A stretch of 64,000 bases of DNA from Tubulanus polymorphus (Eukaryota; Animalia; Nemertea). Made by a program: the position numbers and the translations under genes. Location: contig NC_134027.1 of assembly GCF_964204645.1 (NCBI RefSeq), positions 22,654,560-22,718,559 on the forward strand. The letters are read 5' to 3'. Numbering within the stretch: position 1 is the stretch's first letter; each line of letters begins with the position of its first letter. The notes below the pieces were generated by a model. That model did no database searches. It worked only from the letters and a program-made list of their open reading frames with translations, and had not been told where the DNA came from. This document shows positions 50,760 to 64,000 of the stretch, in pieces.

Positions 50760-52350
50760 GTGACAGGTTGACTGGTCGACTGGCTGGTTGACCTGTCGAC
50801 TGGACTGACGGGATGACTGGATCAATGTGAACGCCTGGCTGACTGGTCGACTGGCTGGTTGACTGGATGACGTGATGACTGGATTACTGGTTTACTGGAT
50901 GACAATACCATCATCCCCATCTACCCATCTCCACGATATCCACCATTATCACAATCACCTGCATAATCTCCACGATCACTAACTCCAGCATCACCATCAC
51001 CACCATCAATATCATCACCACCGTCTCCACCAGATGCACCATCATCACCCTTATCAGCACCATAACCACCTCCGCAATCATTTTCATCACCACCATCATC
51101 ACCATTATCATCACAAGCATAGCCTTCTCCAGCATCACCATCATCACCATCTCCCTCCCGCATCACCAGCAGCATCACCACCTTAGCCATAATCTCCGTC
51201 GTCGACCACCATCGTCTCGATCTCCATCACCTTTTCCATCATCACCATCACCGCCTTCTCCCCCATCATCCCTATCATCAGCTCCATCACCATCTCCGCC
51301 GTTATTTCTATCAACAAAATCTCTAGCATCATCACCATATCTCTAGCATCATCTTCTCCTGCATCACTAGCATCATCACCACGGTCTCCACCGTCTGCGC
51401 CATCATCAGCACCATCTCCGCCATCATCTCAATCACACCGTCTCCAGTATCACCTTCTCCAGCATCACTAGCATCATCACCACGGTCTCCACCGTCTGCG
51501 CCATTCGCATTCTCCTGCATCCCCATCACCACCATCACCTTCTGAGCTCAGACCACTATTCCAAAATCTTCTATATCCTATAGTAAAAACAAGAAATTCG
51601 AGAGTTTAGTTCATATATAAGCGCGTAAATTCAGGGGAAATCCTGCTTATGGCTCATAGGCCAGCATCTTAGCTACGCATTGAAGTGGTTTTCGCCCAAC
51701 ATACCCAACCTAACTTTTGAAATAATCAAACCTTTAGAAAGGAGGGGTATCCCAGTACAGGTATGCCAGTACATCCGAGCCAAATATCTAAGGGAATCCC
51801 CCACCGTGTTTGGTACCCTTACTCCAAGCAAAAAAAGTCCAGGGAATCCCTTATTTCATCATCAATCTGTCTCTCAGGATCAATGGATTTCATACATATA
51901 CCGGGTAACCGAAATTCGTTACCTATCCCATTTGCAGAAATTATGGCAACATTTATGGGGGACCTCTTCTTCACACTAGGTACTATTTTTGGGGTCCGGC
52001 CCTACGCATCTTCGAGCTACTAACCTAATTGTGGTCTGATGCCTTCTCCAGCATTACCATCACAATCTACGCCATCGCCACCATCATTACCATCACCTCC
52101 ATCTTGGCTAGCATTTTTCCTCTCTGCACCATCGCAGCCATCTCAATCCTCATGACAACAATTATGACTATCACTGATCATCATCACTATCTCGACGATC
52201 ACCATCACCTATTCACATGAACCAGTCATTCAGTCGACCAGGCAGCCAGTAGTCCAGTCAGCTAGTACCGCGCCAGTCGGCCACAGTCAACTAGTCATCC
52301 AGTCGTCAGTCGACCAGGCAGCCAGTAGTCCAGTTAGCTAGTACCGCGCC
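50760..52350. repeat. Composite low-complexity block: GACTG-rich ends in inverted orientation, (CAT/CAC)n tracts, central unique insert
   Basis: GACTGG repeats 50760-50900, (CAY)n 50905-51540 and 52040-52215, CCAGTC repeats 52220-52350. Confidence 0.7.
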
Positions 52351-52857
52351 AGTTCCCTCGTGATGAAATTATCATGGCTGTGAATTTTGGGGATTTTGTT
52401 GCTAGTAGGAAGGTGTTCATATAACTTTTTAGATAGGGTTTGCACCCCCATATATATGCTGTATGGTGAAACAGGCCGCTTACCACTTTCAAATAGGCTA
52501 CTTCACAACATAGGCTATAGAGCTGACTATATTACGGTAAAATAACTTATAAGGATGATGAGTTAATACACTGGATGGTTAGCGGAATCGGTAATTGCCA
52601 ACAACAGATCAGGTTGGTGATTGGTAGATACTGGTTTTATTCATTCACACTCAATTCACAATCCCTGTGGTTTTCTGTATAGGTACTAGCGTTAAGCGGT
52701 CATTAGACCTGTAGACAATATCTTACTTATATATGCAAATAAACTTGGAATTAAATTGAATTGAATTGAACGGACTCGAATTTTCTCGGAGCCGTCCCAT
52801 ATTCAAAAATTGTGGAGCCAAGAAGTGTCAAATCTCACAAATATTTTGATTTTCGAG

Positions 52858-59667
<6,810 letters not shown>

Positions 59668-60204
59668 CGTATTGGTATGTATGTATTTACTGAAAATAAA
59701 TTATTTATTGAAATCTATTGAAAATCTTGTTCATCGTTGCTTCATCCATGTTCTACTGACTGGGCCCTGCATGACACTCGACATATGAATCAAACATCTA
59801 ATATGACATTCAATACTTTACTGGTGATGGATCCAGAGGGGGTTCTAACCTTCCCTTTTCTGAACAAGTGCCCCGGCCTTTAAAAGTCCACTTGATATAG
59901 GCTTCTCATCTTTTGAACTGATCTTGATCTAATATGCACTAAAATTGCATAAACATGTACAAAATTTTCAAAATTTTGCTGGGGGAACTCCACTGCAAGC
60001 AGCACTTGCCAGGACACCCGTCGCGACAAAAAAGCGCCCTTTTCACGTGAGGTGAACCCTCTTTATTCCAGCCTGGATCCTCCCCTGCTTTTTCACGATC
60101 ATTCCAATTTTTTATGGTCGAGGCTTTAAATGTATTCAGGAATCCAACAAGATGTTTTCGATTTAAAATGAACGACAGATGCCAGAAAACCGGATAGTCA
60201 CTGT

Positions 60205-60635
60205 ACATTGGCACCTGGTTACAACGAACTTCAGGAGACCAGAAAATCTGTTCGTTATAACCGATAGTTCACCGTTATATCCAGTATGAAATTACAGTGG
60301 AACCTTGTTACAACGAACTTCAGGAGACCAGAAATCTGTTCGTTATAACCGAAACTTCACCATTATATCCGGGATGAAATAACAGTGGAACCTCGTTACA
60401 ACGAACTTCAGGAGACCAGAAAATCTGTTCGTTATAACCGATAGTTCACCGTTATATCCAGTAAGAAATTACAGTGGAACCTCGTTACAACGAACTTCAG
60501 GAGACCAGAAAATCGATGGTTCCCGTTATATTCAATATGAAATTACTAGAATTGTCCTACTAGGGACAAAATTCTATATTTTTTATATCCAAAGAATCCT
60601 TTTAAATCAGAGTTTGTTATAACGAGGTTCTACTT
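60205..60635. mobile_element. Tc1/pogo-like MITE with its left end tandemly amplified (88-89-bp unit, about 4 copies)
   Basis: Repeated taCAGTGGAACCTCGTTACAACGAACTTCAGGAGACCAG...; right TIR TTGTTATAACGAGGTTCTACT near 60614-60634. Confidence 0.75.
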
Positions 60636-61989
60636 ATATAGGCACACTTCAAAAAATATGGTTTTAATTAATTAGTTAATTGAATGAATGTGCAGTTCTG
60701 GACTGCCATTTGATACCTGCGAAAGACTGTCTACAGTATCCCTCTTTGACCAAAATATAAAACAAGAATCATTCTTACGTAATTTTTCTAATTTTATTTC
60801 CATTATATATATGTACAAAGCTCTTTTTGTTGCATTTTTCTGAAACACGCGTGCGAAATCTTTTAAAATGTTCTCCTTCGCAAGTTTTACGTTCCGATTT
60901 TCAGTAACAACTCGAAACGTTTCAAACGGACCGACCTGACAACGAATAAAATTCAACAGCGAAAACATTTTCATTGACACAAATTCAATCACTCATAAAA
61001 CTGGGTAGAATTCGCTGAATTCGGATCATTTTGAACCAAAATAATTCATCCGGTTTACGGGAAATCCGGATTAAAAGTCATTTTTTTGTATATTAATGAA
61101 CAAATGAATTGCAAATATTGACCGGATTAGACCGAAATCCGGATTAAAGCGGGTTCGATTGTTTGATTTGGAAAAAAGTTTTTGGTCAACTTTCGCCCAG
61201 TTCCATAAAACGGTTAAACTTTTAAATGGATTTAATTCAATCTTTGATGCGATTGTAGAATATAAATTTAACGGCAAATCTTTTTCACAAAACGGAGTCC
61301 GGTTTTGTGCAACAGTTACATTTGTATTTTCTATCGAAAAAATATGCAAAAACCTACAGCGACAAAACCCAACGTTCGAGTTCAATTCTTTCATGAAACT
61401 AGACTTACAATGAAATGAAAAAATCTAGGAAAATTTCTTTAAAATTTGATAGCGGTTTTAACGAACAATATGTTAGGCTTAGTTTCACAACATAGTTTTA
61501 GGCTTAAAAAAATTGATACCTTGTTTCTCATTTCTGCCGAGCTTCAACTTGGCTGCCTAATCTACCCTGTACATTACTTTAGAAAAAATTGTAAATCAAG
61601 TTAACCTTTACAGACCAGACAGTTACAGAAATGAAACTGATTACAAATTTTATTGCCGTTTACAAAATGACCTCGTCGATCTGAAGAAACAAGGTATTAT
61701 TTTTTAAAGCCTTGACATAAACTGAAGAAACTTTAACATTTTGTGAAATTGGGACCAATGTCATGAACTATTTCAAAAGTCTTGACCAGTCGTAAGCTAT
61801 CTTTACAACCAATCTTAAATCGAATTTAGGTTCGAAATATCTGCGCCTGAGGGGTAATCGCAATGTCGAGGTCTAGATCAAAGACCAGTATTAGATTACC
61901 GATATTCATTCTATCACCGATCTTAAATCGCAACCGGGCCCAGATCTGACGAATAAGTCTCTTACGACTAATAACGAATCACGCTGGAT

Positions 61990-62316
61990 AACGGTCATAA
62001 TTTGTACAATGTATATGCGTTCTCTCATTGGCTGGAACCCCTGCGCTCAGTTCCGTCGCGTCGCAGATGAGCTTATGTCGGTTGCGATCGAAGGCAACTG
62101 TCCGCCTACCGTAGGCCGGAGTAGAACATGGGCAACTAGCCGGATATGGCTTGTGACGAGTCGGTAGGCGTCGGGTTGCCGTCGCAAGCCGGCTTATGTC
62201 GAACCGATAGAGCAGCAACTGGTGGCCTCTGGTAGGCCCCTAGTTGCCGCTAATCGGCGATAAACCCAGTTGCTTCGGTAGGCATCGCATTGCTGGTCGA
62301 CATAAAACAGCCTTTA
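61990..62316 (-). mobile_element. Partial inverted copy of the Harbinger-like element at 34373
   Basis: Reverse complement of about 34373-34695, including the TIR GTCGACATAAAACAGCCT. Confidence 0.8.
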
Positions 62317-62849
62317 GGACCACTTTTTGACTAGGCATGACTGCGCATGTTCGTTGTATCGCAGTTCTGACGTATAAAATATCAAACCTGTGCCCGAGTA
62401 CGTATAACTAATTCATATACTGTAATAACAAATTTAACATAGTATAACGAATAACATTATGTATGGTATTTGTGCAATTTTCGTTTCCAGCGGAACCTCG
62501 TTTTATAACGAATCCCTTGGCAACAGTGAAATAATCATCGTAATAAACAAGGTTTCGTATTAACGAGGTTTCACTGTAGCAAATATAACCGTTGAAAAAT
62601 GCCATTTCCCTGAAAAACCCTAGTTTAACTAACAGCGCTCAACCCAGGGCCTTGTTTTCAGTTAAAACATGAAGAATACCAAATTCTATCAGCTGGAATT
62701 TATTTTTTTTTTGTGAAAATGGGCGGATGTTCAAGAATTTACCAGTATACACATAATTTTTTGCGTAAGTTCAAGCCATAGACTGTATAGAAATGTTATG
62801 CAGCGTAAAGTCACTTTTTTATAGTCTATAGTTCAGGGAAATACCGAAC

Positions 62850-63580
62850 TGGAACTGTATCCAGACTGAAATTAAACTCACAACTGTGCAACTGGATTCG
62901 AATCAAAGCTCACATAACATTCCAATTGGATCAAGAGTCATATTAAACCCACACTAATATGAAACTGGATTCAGAGTCAAATCAAACCCACACAACTGTG
63001 GAACTGGATTCGGAGTCAAATAAAACCCATACAACTGCGGAACTGGATCCAGAGTCAAATTGAACCCAAACAACTGTGGCACCAGATTAAACACACAACT
63101 GTAGATCTGGATTCAAATCAAAGCCTGCATAACATTAGAACTGGATCAATAGTTATATCAAACCTACACAACTGTGGAACTGGATTCAGGGTTAAATTAA
63201 ACTCACACAACTGTGGAACCAGATTAAATACACAACTGTAGATCTGGATTCAAATCAAAGCCTGCATAACATTAGAACTGGATCAATAGTTATATCAAAC
63301 CTACACAACTGTGGAACTGGATTCAGGGTTAAATTAAACTCACACAACTGTGGAACCAGATTAAACACACAACTGTAGATCGGAATTCAAATCAAAGCAC
63401 GCATAACATTAGAACTTAACATTAGGATCAATAGTTATATTAAACCCACACAACTGTGGAACTGGATTCAGAGTCAAATAATCCCATACAACTGTGTTAC
63501 TGGATCCAGAGTCGAATTCAACCCACACAACCTGCATCCAGAGCCAAACCATTACAGCTAAACTGGATCGAAAGTCTCAA
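62850..63580 (-). repeat. 39-bp minisatellite family, inverted and diverged, with a longer secondary duplication
   Basis: AAACCCACACAACTGTGGAACTGGATCCAGAGTC units. Confidence 0.85.
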
Positions 63581-63914
63581 ATCCTACATGTAAATTCACT
63601 TAAAGCCACAACAACTGCGTGAAACGAGCTTGCATCATTTAGAAACACGTTCGCCACTTAAGGACACAGGGTCCACTGACACGCGGTAAATGTTTTCTTG
63701 AATCAAGTCTAATGATTACACGACACATAATTAATAACTGTTTCGGTCATCAATGAAAGCAATAAATTATAGATATAACATATATGTATTGACGAAAATG
63801 ACTTTTTCGAATATATTCTCGCAATAGACATAAATTAAATATATACACACACAATCAGAATTAATGAGAAATGACCTTGAAATCTATCGATCATCAACAG
63901 TAAACTCTGCGTAC

Positions 63915-64000
63915 CTTCGAATATCATCTCGCACTGACTGTCAAGAAATCTAAGGTATACAGAGTCTACTGGATCGAACCAGAGGAATGGTGACCGGAGT
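63915..64000 (-). CDS. Probable internal exon of an unidentified gene entering from the right edge
   Basis: Open frame LRSPFLWFDPVDSVYLRFLDSQCEMIFE ending at donor G|GTACG (63915/63914); a phase-compatible acceptor at 60935 would add GRSV-stop. Confidence 0.45.

Noticed and set aside
50911-51538. Gly/Asp-rich or Met/Val-rich ORFs
   Set aside because: Short broken frames from (CAT/CAC)n simple sequence, no splice support.

Overview
Eukaryotic (invertebrate-like, AT-rich, repeat-dense) genomic DNA. The left half holds the 5' 22 coding exons of a laminin beta chain gene (minus strand, ATG 29626, runs off the window below position 1). Inside its last visible intron is an intronless, same-strand class I SAM-dependent methyltransferase (ATG 670, HemK/PrmC-like, HPPY instead of NPPY) with its own TATA box; the ORF track missed it because it runs off the edge. 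Next is a tandem cluster of LicD/fukutin-family phosphotransferase genes (two intact 3-exon copies and one pseudogene), with an intronless orphan class A GPCR lying antisense between the pseudogene pieces. A complete 6-exon ANKRD16-like gene follows on the plus strand, then a probable exon of another minus-strand gene at the right edge. Non-coding DNA contains many MITE families, a MADF-bearing Harbinger-like derivative, L2 and Penelope-like remnants, several hammerhead-ribozyme motifs (one looks intact), tRNA-derived SINE pieces and minisatellites. All calls were read by eye; no searches were run.
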